From a virus (Duplodnaviria > Caudoviricetes), in the IMG/VR virus record IMGVR_UViG_3300025267_000112, positions 1 through 24,598 of that record: 24,598 bases of DNA; one strand, 5' to 3'. The notes below the pieces were generated by a model. It did not search any database. It was not told the DNA's origin and was given only the letters and a program-made list of their open reading frames with translations. Made by a program: the position numbers and the translations under genes. Of this stretch, positions 17,057 through 24,598 are shown one piece after another. The first letter of the stretch is position 1. The number at the start of each line of letters is the position of its first letter.

Positions 17057-17321
17057 TGGGAGCCTTCGGGTCATCTACCCGAACCGGAACAAATTTCCAC
17101 CACAGAAACTTGTTGATTCCTGGTTCGGCTCCCAAGCGGCCAAAGATCCGGACTTGTCTGATGCGACCCGTGTTCTCTATATCGAAGAAGATGCGCTTCC
17201 CTGGATCGTGGACCCGACAATAGCGGATCACCGTCACTATGTGTGTTCCTGGGATGGGGCGAAAATCGTGATAGACCTGACCAAAATTCCAGAGGAAGAC
17301 AAGACGAAGGTGCCGAAGTGA
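17022..17321 (+). CDS. Putative tail fibre assembly-like protein (99 aa)
   Basis: YAKPDGSLRVIYP...EEDALP...WDGAKIVIDLTK; AAAGGA upstream; lies downstream of the fibre gene. Confidence 0.62.
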   Translation: MSGKCAVYAKPDGSLRVIYPNRNKFPPQKLVDSWFGSQAAKDPDLSDATRVLYIEEDALPWIVDPTIADHRHYVCSWDGAKIVIDLTKIPEEDKTKVPK

Positions 17322-17330
17322 GCCGCAACA

Positions 17331-17450
17331 ATGGATGAGGATGATTTGCCTTGGGTTGGCGACGATATGCTGACGAAGCACAGACACCTTGTGTATAAAT
17401 GGGATGGCAAGAAGATCAGGGAAGACAAGAAAAAGATTCCAGACAGATGA
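17331..17450 (+). CDS. 39-aa ORF paralogous to the C-terminus of 17022-17321 (mini-gene or remnant)
   Basis: MDEDDLPWVGDDMLTKHRHLVYKWDGKKIREDKKKIPDR; 19/38 ungapped identities; ATGA overlap with the next gene. Not in the ORF track. Confidence 0.6.
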   Translation: MDEDDLPWVGDDMLTKHRHLVYKWDGKKIREDKKKIPDR

Positions 17451-17830
17451 GCGAGAATTCGGTGGCCGATGAAAGAACAGATGAGAAGTATGAGTCTGGA
17501 CTTGAGAGGATTTATTCGCGTCTCGGCTTCATAGAACAGGTATGCCCTATTTGTTTTGTTAATGGCCGTGAAGGAATCATGGGGTTCAGGTATTCCATCG
17601 TTCAGCAGGAACCCGTTTGTGACAACATTTTGCTTAAATGCAAAACCTGTAAGCACATTGTGATGTTTGGTATTCCAATGATTTCGGCAGAATTGGAGCA
17701 TGAAATTTCGGAGCGCAATGGGACTTGGTTCACTCCGCACTGGAAAAATGGGAGTGACCCTGATGCCATTCAGTTGGAACGTCTCGTCGCTCTTGGTTAC
17801 GCGGAATACGAATACAGGAGAACCAAATAA
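17447..17830 (+). CDS. Zn-ribbon-like protein (CPIC / CKTC)
   Basis: ATG at 17447; two CxxC pairs; TAATG coupling to the next gene. Confidence 0.68.
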   Translation: MSENSVADERTDEKYESGLERIYSRLGFIEQVCPICFVNGREGIMGFRYSIVQQEPVCDNILLKCKTCKHIVMFGIPMISAELEHEISERNGTWFTPHWKNGSDPDAIQLERLVALGYAEYEYRRTK

Positions 17831-19146
17831 TGGGTGCGGCGGCAGCGGCTTGGGCAGGAGTAGGACTGGCGGCGATAGGTACGGGGAAAAGCCTCGCCAG
17901 CTCACCGGGTGGGGGCGGCGGGGGAAGAGGCGGGCAAGGCCCGCCTCCAGTCCCGGGATTTGGAGAAGGCCCGTTTTGGGGCGGCTTTCAGAGGGAGCAA
18001 CTTTCGGGTCTGCCCAGTGCCGCCACAAGACAAAGGGAACTAGATTTTGGCCGAGCGGATTTTGGTGGGGAAGCACTGGGCTCCATGCGGGGAGCGTTGC
18101 CGGGATTCATGCCCGCCCCCGGTGAGGATGTTTTCCGAGGAGATCTGTACGGTGCCGGACGGGATTTAGATGCATTCGAAAGGGCGCGTGATGCCTTCGG
18201 AGCAAGTATTGATCGGTATGGTGCGCTTGGCGGGAGGGCACTTGGCACAGAAATGATTGCTCGCCCCTTGGTGGAACAAGGTCTTGCCACCCCATTTGCT
18301 CTCGGACCACAAACAGAGGGTCTCTTTGATCAACGAGCCGCTGGGCGTAGAAACCTTTTACTGGCTGAACAGGCAAGGGCCGCCGCCGGATTGCGGGAAA
18401 GACTTGCTGGGCGTTTCGGGCCGGGATACCAGTCAGGGACTCCATTCCTCGCAGGAGAAGAAGAATATGTCACGCGGCCCTATGCTCAAGGGCTTACACA
18501 GCTAGGTATTAGCGACATCGAACAACGTCTCGGGGCGGCGAGGTGGCAAAGGGGATATGAACGAGATGTCCTCGGTGATGCGGTCAGAGCGCAATTACAG
18601 GCTGGTCAATATGGTGACGTTGCGGCCCGCGAGCTACAGAGAGGCGGACTGGACATGGCGACGTTGCGTTCCGAAGACGCCCGCGCAAGGATGGCATACC
18701 TCCAGAGGGTTCAAACTGAAACACCTAACCTCATGGGGGCTCCCCTGGATGCGTTGAAGGCCGTAAGAACCATTCAGGGCGGCCCAGGGGGTGGTGGAGG
18801 CCCAACATTCCCGACACAAACAGGTGGCTCTGACTGGGGGAGTGATCTCATGGGTCTTGGCGGAACTGTCGTCGGGGAGGCTCTCAGGTCAAAAAGACAT
18901 GAAGATTGGCTGAAGAGGCAGTATCCGACCGGACAAGATCCTTCCGCTCCTGAGTGGGAAAGCCCGTGGGATGGAGATCCGTGGGCGGGTTCAAACCTCC
19001 CCGATTCCGGCTGGGGAGGTGCGCCGAATCCTATGGATTATAGAGATGAAAGTGGTTTCGGCACCCCTGACTACGGTGGGCCTGTCGACACCTACAGTCC
19101 TCTGGCTGGCGGGTCACTTTATGGCAGAACGGGACCGTATTGGTAG
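17830..19146 (+). CDS. Putative ejection/internal virion protein 1
   Basis: Hydrophobic Gly/Ala N-terminus MGAAAAAWAGVGLAAIG, helical Ala/Arg/Gln core and Gly-rich C-terminus; position after the tail genes. Confidence 0.62.
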   Translation: MGAAAAAWAGVGLAAIGTGKSLASSPGGGGGGRGGQGPPPVPGFGEGPFWGGFQREQLSGLPSAATRQRELDFGRADFGGEALGSMRGALPGFMPAPGEDVFRGDLYGAGRDLDAFERARDAFGASIDRYGALGGRALGTEMIARPLVEQGLATPFALGPQTEGLFDQRAAGRRNLLLAEQARAAAGLRERLAGRFGPGYQSGTPFLAGEEEYVTRPYAQGLTQLGISDIEQRLGAARWQRGYERDVLGDAVRAQLQAGQYGDVAARELQRGGLDMATLRSEDARARMAYLQRVQTETPNLMGAPLDALKAVRTIQGGPGGGGGPTFPTQTGGSDWGSDLMGLGGTVVGEALRSKRHEDWLKRQYPTGQDPSAPEWESPWDGDPWAGSNLPDSGWGGAPNPMDYRDESGFGTPDYGGPVDTYSPLAGGSLYGRTGPYW

Positions 19147-19208
19147 GGTGTGGCTGAATGGATCGGCCATCTTGACGACATCACCAATACTCTCCTGAAC
19201 CAGTTCAT
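19147..19208 (+). repeat. Direct repeat copy 2: portal gene fragment in an intergenic space
   Basis: 59/62 identity to 3684-3745; starts at the first base after the TAG stop at 19144-19146. Confidence 0.97.
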
Positions 19209-19239
19209 AGAACCAGGATCTTATTACGACGCGCTTTAA
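19150..19239 (+). CDS. Possible 29-aa portal-derived peptide (or readthrough extension of 17830-19146)
   Basis: GTG...TAA gives MAEWIGHLDDITNTLLNQFIEPGSYYDAL, in the same frame as the upstream gene. There is no strong Shine-Dalgarno, so translation is unproven. Confidence 0.3.
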   Translation: MAEWIGHLDDITNTLLNQFIEPGSYYDAL

Positions 19240-19315
19240 ACCATAGTGGCTTCGGTACTCAGGACAGTAATTAAGAATGATAAGAATGAAATCCCAGCAA
19301 CGGGAGAAACCATAA

Positions 19316-21430
19316 ATGCCTTACCATGATCGACGCAGGCCACCCCAGTTCTCCGGCATTGGAGGCGGCCTTCGGCTATTTGCCCAAAACCTTCTCGCGC
19401 CGCTGGCAGAGCAAAGAGCCCTTGAATCAGATCTTATGAAGAGCAAGATTCTTAATCGGGCGGCAGAAGACAGGCAAATTAGGGCGGAAAAGAGACGGGC
19501 GGCCCAAGCCAAAACGGTAGAGGACAGCCGACGCCTATGGGAAGAGGCTCGAACGCGCGACGCCCGAATGCAAGCACAGATAACGTGGGAGCTGCGGAAA
19601 AGACGAGAAGATGAACTGGAGCAGGCCAGACTTGATAGACCCGCCTCGCGAGAAGCGTATGATATAAAACTCCGGGCCTATGGTAGAGATCCAAGAACCC
19701 TTGATCAACCTGGTATGGAAGGTTCTTTTGGTCCTGGAAGCGGGGCTCCTTCGTGGCCGTCAATTGGTGCTATAGAACGGGCACCGAAACATGAATCATT
19801 CAGGAAGTCATTGCCTCTCGGGACAGACCCCGTCAAACCACCAGCCAAGATAGCGGTTGCACGAGAGGTGTCCCGTCTTAGAATACAATTGGAAGCAACC
19901 AAGGTTCCAGAAAATCTATGGCCTACAGATCCCCGAACGAGAGATATGTACAATCAATTGGTATATTTGACACGTGGGGATCGCGAGGGTTCAACCATCT
20001 TCGAAAGACTTCAGCGTAAAGGACCGCCAACGGCATGGGGGACGGGACGAACACCCGCGGAACAGAGGCATTTCCTAAACCTGTCGGGTCTGACCCCAAT
20101 ACACACAGCCATTTACCGTAAGAATAAGGACGGATCTTACACGGCAGGGTCTGGAGTTATCAGGGGGGGTCGCTTATTTGAATACAGAGAAAATCCGAAG
20201 ACAGGAGGTTACCTGAAAAACCCAGATGGAACTGAAAAGCTCTTCCGGGCACCACCGGGAAGCTATCCGGTTACGGACCCAAAAATGGGTATGACTGCCC
20301 AGGAGGCGCGATATCGCAAGAGGCAGCTTGGAATTATGATTTCACGGATGTCGGGGGGGGCGACAAATATCGAGGAACTGGAAAAGAGGGGATTTGTCGG
20401 AAATATATTCCAGCCATCCAAGGGTATGCCACATAGGTTTGAATTAACGCCAAGGGCCCAGAAATTTCTTGATCAGGCCGGATCGGGTGGGACTGCCATC
20501 ACACTAGCCCGAGCCATTAAGGAAGCGGCACTGAAACAGCCTGCCATTCTTGGTCAGGCAGGAGCACTCTCATCTCTTGCCCAGCGGTTCACATCTCATA
20601 CCAAACAATTGCTGAGAAAATTCCGCACTATTCCGTTAATGGGAAAATTTGTGGCTGAAAACCCTGGAGGCGTGGGAGGGTTTGAAGAGCGAGGTATTCT
20701 TTCGTGGACGAAGGGCAAGGATGGAATGGTTCTGGAAGCAACGCTAAAAGACGGAAAATGGACAAACGAGTGGGTGAAAGCCGAGAACGCCAAGGATATC
20801 GGCAATTGGGAGAGGGGCCAAGACCATTCAACGGTAATAAATAATACCTTCACACGAATCGAGAAGTCCCACGTATGGCAAACGATGATGGCTGGCGGGG
20901 TATCAAGGGAGACTGTTAAATCCACGATTTTCGGTCTGGCTCTTCATGTATTAGCCGCAAGGGGTATCAAGGGAAGCCGAATCAGCACGAAACTGTTAAA
21001 TCTAACCATTACTGAAATTGCCGGAGTAACCGATAGTGTTGAGACGTTCGTAGCAAAACTGGATAACCTTGAACGTCGCCTGATTCAGCCAGTGGTAAAA
21101 TCTTCCCTGTCTATTTTCATGCAACCCTTTCATCCCATGAACATCTATGCTGGGATGGGCATAAGACCCGATCGAAGAATCGCGGCAACAATCGCGCACG
21201 AATCGACATACTTCAACACGGAAAATGGTGAGCTTGAAAGAGGTAAAACACCCCAGACACCGGGAGCCGCCGCCGGGAGCGGGAAACCGAAAGTACGTCC
21301 CCGCGAAACAAGGGTGATGGTCTATGATGAAACGAAAAAGGCAAGCAGATACGAAACCGAAGAGGAAAGGTTGGAAAGGGAACGAACAGACGCGGGGCTT
21401 CCAGAATGGACCTCCCCGATGGGCTTTTGA
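19316..21430 (+). CDS. Putative ejection/internal virion protein 2 (704 aa)
   Basis: GGGAGA Shine-Dalgarno; FSGIGGGLRLFAQ amphipathic start followed by a long coiled coil; assigned by synteny only. Confidence 0.55.
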   Translation: MPYHDRRRPPQFSGIGGGLRLFAQNLLAPLAEQRALESDLMKSKILNRAAEDRQIRAEKRRAAQAKTVEDSRRLWEEARTRDARMQAQITWELRKRREDELEQARLDRPASREAYDIKLRAYGRDPRTLDQPGMEGSFGPGSGAPSWPSIGAIERAPKHESFRKSLPLGTDPVKPPAKIAVAREVSRLRIQLEATKVPENLWPTDPRTRDMYNQLVYLTRGDREGSTIFERLQRKGPPTAWGTGRTPAEQRHFLNLSGLTPIHTAIYRKNKDGSYTAGSGVIRGGRLFEYRENPKTGGYLKNPDGTEKLFRAPPGSYPVTDPKMGMTAQEARYRKRQLGIMISRMSGGATNIEELEKRGFVGNIFQPSKGMPHRFELTPRAQKFLDQAGSGGTAITLARAIKEAALKQPAILGQAGALSSLAQRFTSHTKQLLRKFRTIPLMGKFVAENPGGVGGFEERGILSWTKGKDGMVLEATLKDGKWTNEWVKAENAKDIGNWERGQDHSTVINNTFTRIEKSHVWQTMMAGGVSRETVKSTIFGLALHVLAARGIKGSRISTKLLNLTITEIAGVTDSVETFVAKLDNLERRLIQPVVKSSLSIFMQPFHPMNIYAGMGIRPDRRIAATIAHESTYFNTENGELERGKTPQTPGAAAGSGKPKVRPRETRVMVYDETKKASRYETEEERLERERTDAGLPEWTSPMGF

Positions 21431-21459
21431 TCGCCTGATATTAACGCTGGAGAGGTAAC

Positions 21460-23997
21460 GTGGCCGGTAGAATGATAATTAAGGGTGGATCATACTATTA
21501 TCCCCTGGAATGGGATAAAGAAAAAAGAGATCGATGGGCCAGGATGATACACGAAGGCCAGGGATATGAAGGCCCAGGAAGAGGCGAAACCACGGGGGTT
21601 TACTCTGCCGGGGAGTACGGGCCTGGAGTGGAAGGGCCTCCCCCAATCCACAAGAGGAGGGCACTTGGTCCCGATCCCGGGGGCAGATGGGATGCTGAAG
21701 GCCTGTTATCTGACCCGTGGCAAAGTGCCCTTGAAGCACGGAAACACCAACAGGATGTCTACGGCGGTTCCTCTCTTGCCGAAATGGCAAGAAGAGAGCA
21801 GGAAATGCAGGTTCAACGACGGAAGTTTATCGACCGGTATCAAGGACACGACCCCTCCCAGGAGCTTTCCTGGAGAACACGCGTTCCTACTCCAGCCACA
21901 TCCATGTTTACCGACAAACCACCTCGAATTCCCATCCCCGCGCCTCCGGGCGCGCCCGGAGCTTTTATTAACCCAGAATCCGCCAACATAGCGCGTCGAG
22001 CCCTCAAGGCTGGTTGGCTGGAAAGTGGGACAAGAACAGGTAGTCCCCTAACCAATCTGCCCGCGAGAGCATTGCAGACAGGCCAGCGTGCTGTTTCCGA
22101 CTGGATGTCATCGCTTCCCGCGCACGAACAATTGGCATTACACACTATATTGTCATACGCACCCTTCGGGGCTGCGGCTAAGGTTTACACCGCCGCAAGA
22201 CAGGCCCCGAAAGGGGTAAAGTTCTTTGGTACCATGCTATCCTATTTAACTGGATACACAGCAGAAGACTTGTCGCAGACCCTTCGTTTAACCCCAAAAA
22301 GCGAACTTTCAAAACATCTCGCCGGTATCTTACCGGTTGGCACGAAGGTGAGCATAAACGCGGCCAAGAAATTCGCGAGTGCATTTGACAAAATGCCAGG
22401 TCTCCGAAAACCATTCAATATAATAAGATTAAATCGTTTCATGGATGCGACAGATGACATGAAAACGGAATGGAGACCCTCTCTCTCCGCAAAATGGTAT
22501 TTCGAACAGCTTGACAAGCTCGGTGTCAAGATTCCATTTGGTACCGGTCTCCCGAATACAAGGGCGGCGGTGGATGATGCTTTGAAATATATAGATGATA
22601 CCCCACAGGCCCTTGAGCTTAAAAGGGCAGCCAAGAAATTGCTTGAGGGAATGAAAAAAGACCCAGGTGGAAAGAGTATTATTCCTCCGCCCATGAAAGC
22701 GGGTCAAGCAGGAACCCAGCCGGATATTCCACTCAGGAGAATAACAGACTATGCAGATACCCTGGATGATAGAATCCGCGAACTTGAAACAATCATGGCG
22801 AAAGACCCAACATTTGTTCGTCCTCTCAGGGAATATGAACATTTGACAAAAGTCAGAGATGCCTTACTTGGGGATCTTAGGAATCTGGCAGAAATCGGGA
22901 AGGGAACGCAGAAAGGCTTGTTTGCATTAGGACGCAAGGCGACAGAGACGGAAACGGCACGAGGGAAAAAATCCCAACTATTACTCGAAGCCCTGAATGT
23001 AAAAGAGAGAGAGATTGCGATAAACTATTTCGAACAAAGCGTCATTCAGCAGTCCAAAAAGCAGTTAACTGGAAGCGGGAAGCACAACCTGGAAATAATA
23101 GACATCAACAAAGCACTCGATAAATTAAGGGATCTTAAAAGTACAAATCCGACCTTCGTGCGCGGAATCGGAAAGGAAAACCTTGATGAAGTTATAGGGT
23201 TCTTTGAAAAACATTCCCAAATCATGGAAAGACTTAGCCTGGTAGGACCGGGTGCGCTCCAACTGTATGGACAATTCTCCGCATTGGGTGTGGGTGCTGG
23301 TATGTCTATCGGCTCTATATTTGGGCCCGGTATGGCGGCAATGGGCGGATTGGTTGGCGCGAAAATGGGAGTTCAGATTCCCAGGAAAATAGCAGATGTG
23401 TTGCTGACGAAGATTGGCAGAAGAATACTGACAAAAACAATGGAATTTTCAGACGGTCTCTTGACTCCAAGGGCAATTATGGTTTCCGCATTTTTTGCGA
23501 AACTTGGACTAGACTTAACCGAGAAGGGCGTGGAGACCCTGGTAAGAGAATCCATCATGCCGAACGTGAGAAAAGTAAAGGAGGGGATACGGAAAAGCAT
23601 CGGTGTGGATATTAATTCAGCCGTTCGAAATGTGGCGGGAAGGATAACGGGGTCAACGAGGGAAATCGCGGGTGCGCCTGGAGCATATCGCGCAGGAACA
23701 GAAACACTCCCAACCGGAGGGGGTATTCTACCCTCACTCACACCACCACCACCATTCAGGCCACCAACAATGGGACAACGCCTCTCAGAAATATCCGATT
23801 GGGCACGCAAGGCTGGGCGAACGCAAACCCTACAGGAAAGAATGGAGATGAAAAGACTCGAAAGAAAAGAACCAGTTGTTTCTAAAGAGAAAATCAAGAT
23901 GGTTTCCGACGCATTTCGTATTGACAAAAAAACAGCAAGGGAAATATTGGTCAGAATAATGAAGCCGTCACGCCCATACGTTGGAACAGCAGAATAG
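21460..23997 (+). CDS. Putative ejection/internal virion protein 3 (845 aa)
   Basis: GGAGAGG Shine-Dalgarno before GTG; helical, with Gly-zipper hydrophobic segment LGVGAGMSIGSIFGPGMAAMGGLVGAKMG as seen in DNA-transfer proteins. Confidence 0.6.
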   Translation: MAGRMIIKGGSYYYPLEWDKEKRDRWARMIHEGQGYEGPGRGETTGVYSAGEYGPGVEGPPPIHKRRALGPDPGGRWDAEGLLSDPWQSALEARKHQQDVYGGSSLAEMARREQEMQVQRRKFIDRYQGHDPSQELSWRTRVPTPATSMFTDKPPRIPIPAPPGAPGAFINPESANIARRALKAGWLESGTRTGSPLTNLPARALQTGQRAVSDWMSSLPAHEQLALHTILSYAPFGAAAKVYTAARQAPKGVKFFGTMLSYLTGYTAEDLSQTLRLTPKSELSKHLAGILPVGTKVSINAAKKFASAFDKMPGLRKPFNIIRLNRFMDATDDMKTEWRPSLSAKWYFEQLDKLGVKIPFGTGLPNTRAAVDDALKYIDDTPQALELKRAAKKLLEGMKKDPGGKSIIPPPMKAGQAGTQPDIPLRRITDYADTLDDRIRELETIMAKDPTFVRPLREYEHLTKVRDALLGDLRNLAEIGKGTQKGLFALGRKATETETARGKKSQLLLEALNVKEREIAINYFEQSVIQQSKKQLTGSGKHNLEIIDINKALDKLRDLKSTNPTFVRGIGKENLDEVIGFFEKHSQIMERLSLVGPGALQLYGQFSALGVGAGMSIGSIFGPGMAAMGGLVGAKMGVQIPRKIADVLLTKIGRRILTKTMEFSDGLLTPRAIMVSAFFAKLGLDLTEKGVETLVRESIMPNVRKVKEGIRKSIGVDINSAVRNVAGRITGSTREIAGAPGAYRAGTETLPTGGGILPSLTPPPPFRPPTMGQRLSEISDWARKAGRTQTLQERMEMKRLERKEPVVSKEKIKMVSDAFRIDKKTAREILVRIMKPSRPYVGTAE

Positions 23998-24011
23998 AGG
24001 CAAGATCAAAC

Positions 24012-24598
24012 ATGAACCGCCATATGTTCACAGCCCTGATTGTTTTCACCCTCATATGGTGGGGGCCGGGTTTACTTGCACCGCATCGATTTGATACGGC
24101 CCACATGATTACGTTCATTCTGGTGGGATGCTTGTGGCTGGCCTGGAAACTGGGACAACGCGAGAAATGGCTTGGCTGGACATACACGGCCCTGATTATC
24201 GGAACAGGAGTAAACCTGTTCACAAACCGAACGGTCTTGCTGAAGGGCATGCGCGATGGTGCTGTACGTGCTGACATCACACTCGTCCCGCTACTTGGTT
24301 GTCTTTCCATCGGCGCGGCGGTCTGTATCTTCTTGTGGGCGGCGAATCTGAGTGCCTCAGACTCGCGCTTCCTGGCGAAATCCATTGCTTTTGTTGGGGC
24401 CATCAGCGGGGTATTGGGGATTATCCAACTATACAGCGGTGATTTTATGGGCATATACGGCGTGAATCCGGTCAAGGACGTGGGCGCATCCGTCGGATTG
24501 TGGGGAAATCCGGGCCTTCAGGGCATCACCCTCGCCCTGACCCTCCCCCTGGCCCTGTTCGCGCTCCCGTGGGCTTCGATACCAATAATGGCGGGACT
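24012..24598 (+). CDS. Second O-antigen ligase-like membrane protein (3' partial)
   Basis: Open from ATG 24012 to the window end and absent from the ORF track. Several hydrophobic segments, then GIIQ and SVGLWGNPG...LALTLPLAL, parallel to LPLQ...FTGWLDNNT...LAMTIPLA in 8984-10264. Confidence 0.68.
   Translation, partial: MNRHMFTALIVFTLIWWGPGLLAPHRFDTAHMITFILVGCLWLAWKLGQREKWLGWTYTALIIGTGVNLFTNRTVLLKGMRDGAVRADITLVPLLGCLSIGAAVCIFLWAANLSASDSRFLAKSIAFVGAISGVLGIIQLYSGDFMGIYGVNPVKDVGASVGLWGNPGLQGITLALTLPLALFALPWASIPIMAG

Larger units (their letters stand above)
1..24598 (+). mobile_element. Tailed phage/prophage morphogenesis module, podovirus-like
   Basis: Co-oriented, tightly packed terL-portal-scaffold-capsid-adaptor-tail tube-fibre-ejection gene order with no tape measure. 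No boundaries or host genes are visible, so free phage and prophage cannot be distinguished. Confidence 0.93.

Noticed and set aside
19147-19208. Diversity-generating retroelement TR/VR pair
   Set aside because: The mismatches are synonymous and not confined to adenines of one copy, the target is a conserved portal region, and no reverse transcriptase is in the window.
19147-19315. CRISPR mini-array with the portal fragment as spacer
   Set aside because: No flanking repeat pair and 62 bp is long for a spacer. Only short repeats (AAACCATA x2, TAAGAATGA x2) lie downstream.
19316-23997. Tape measure, virion RNA polymerase or lytic transglycosylase identity for the large ORFs
   Set aside because: No periodic tape-measure pattern or recognisable catalytic motifs were seen by eye; a profile search is needed to exclude them.
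148-24475. Minus-strand ORFs such as 7057-7677, 12230-12922, 17237-18076 and 23951-24475
   Set aside because: They are antisense shadows of well-supported + strand genes with no recognisable motifs.
1-24598. Genome-wide TAG or TGA stop-codon reassignment
   Set aside because: Coding density is already high in the standard code, and the TAG stops at 712, 2609, 5102 and 23997 are followed by another in-frame stop within a few codons.

Overview
The whole window is the virion-morphogenesis operon of a tailed phage or prophage with a podovirus-like layout, and all credible genes are on the + strand. Gene order: terminase large subunit (3' part), a 650-bp hairpin-rich non-coding gap with a sigma70-like promoter, small ORFs, portal, scaffold, capsid cement/decoration protein, major capsid protein, head-tail adaptor, tail tube/nozzle, tail fibre with assembly-like ORFs, and three candidate ejection proteins. 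No tape measure, integrase, tRNA or CRISPR array is visible. Four things stand out. (1) Two O-antigen-ligase/O-oligosaccharyltransferase-like membrane proteins sit in the structural operon, one coupled to a signal-peptide protein directly behind the capsid gene. (2) A 62-bp copy of the portal gene (59/62 identical, all mismatches synonymous) lies 15,463 bp downstream, in frame directly after the TAG stop of an ejection-protein gene. (3) A second in-frame post-stop partial duplication occurs in the tail-fibre-assembly region. (4) A 125-bp palindrome and a chain of hairpins lie between terL and the head genes. All product calls come from motif recognition and synteny by eye; no database search was run.
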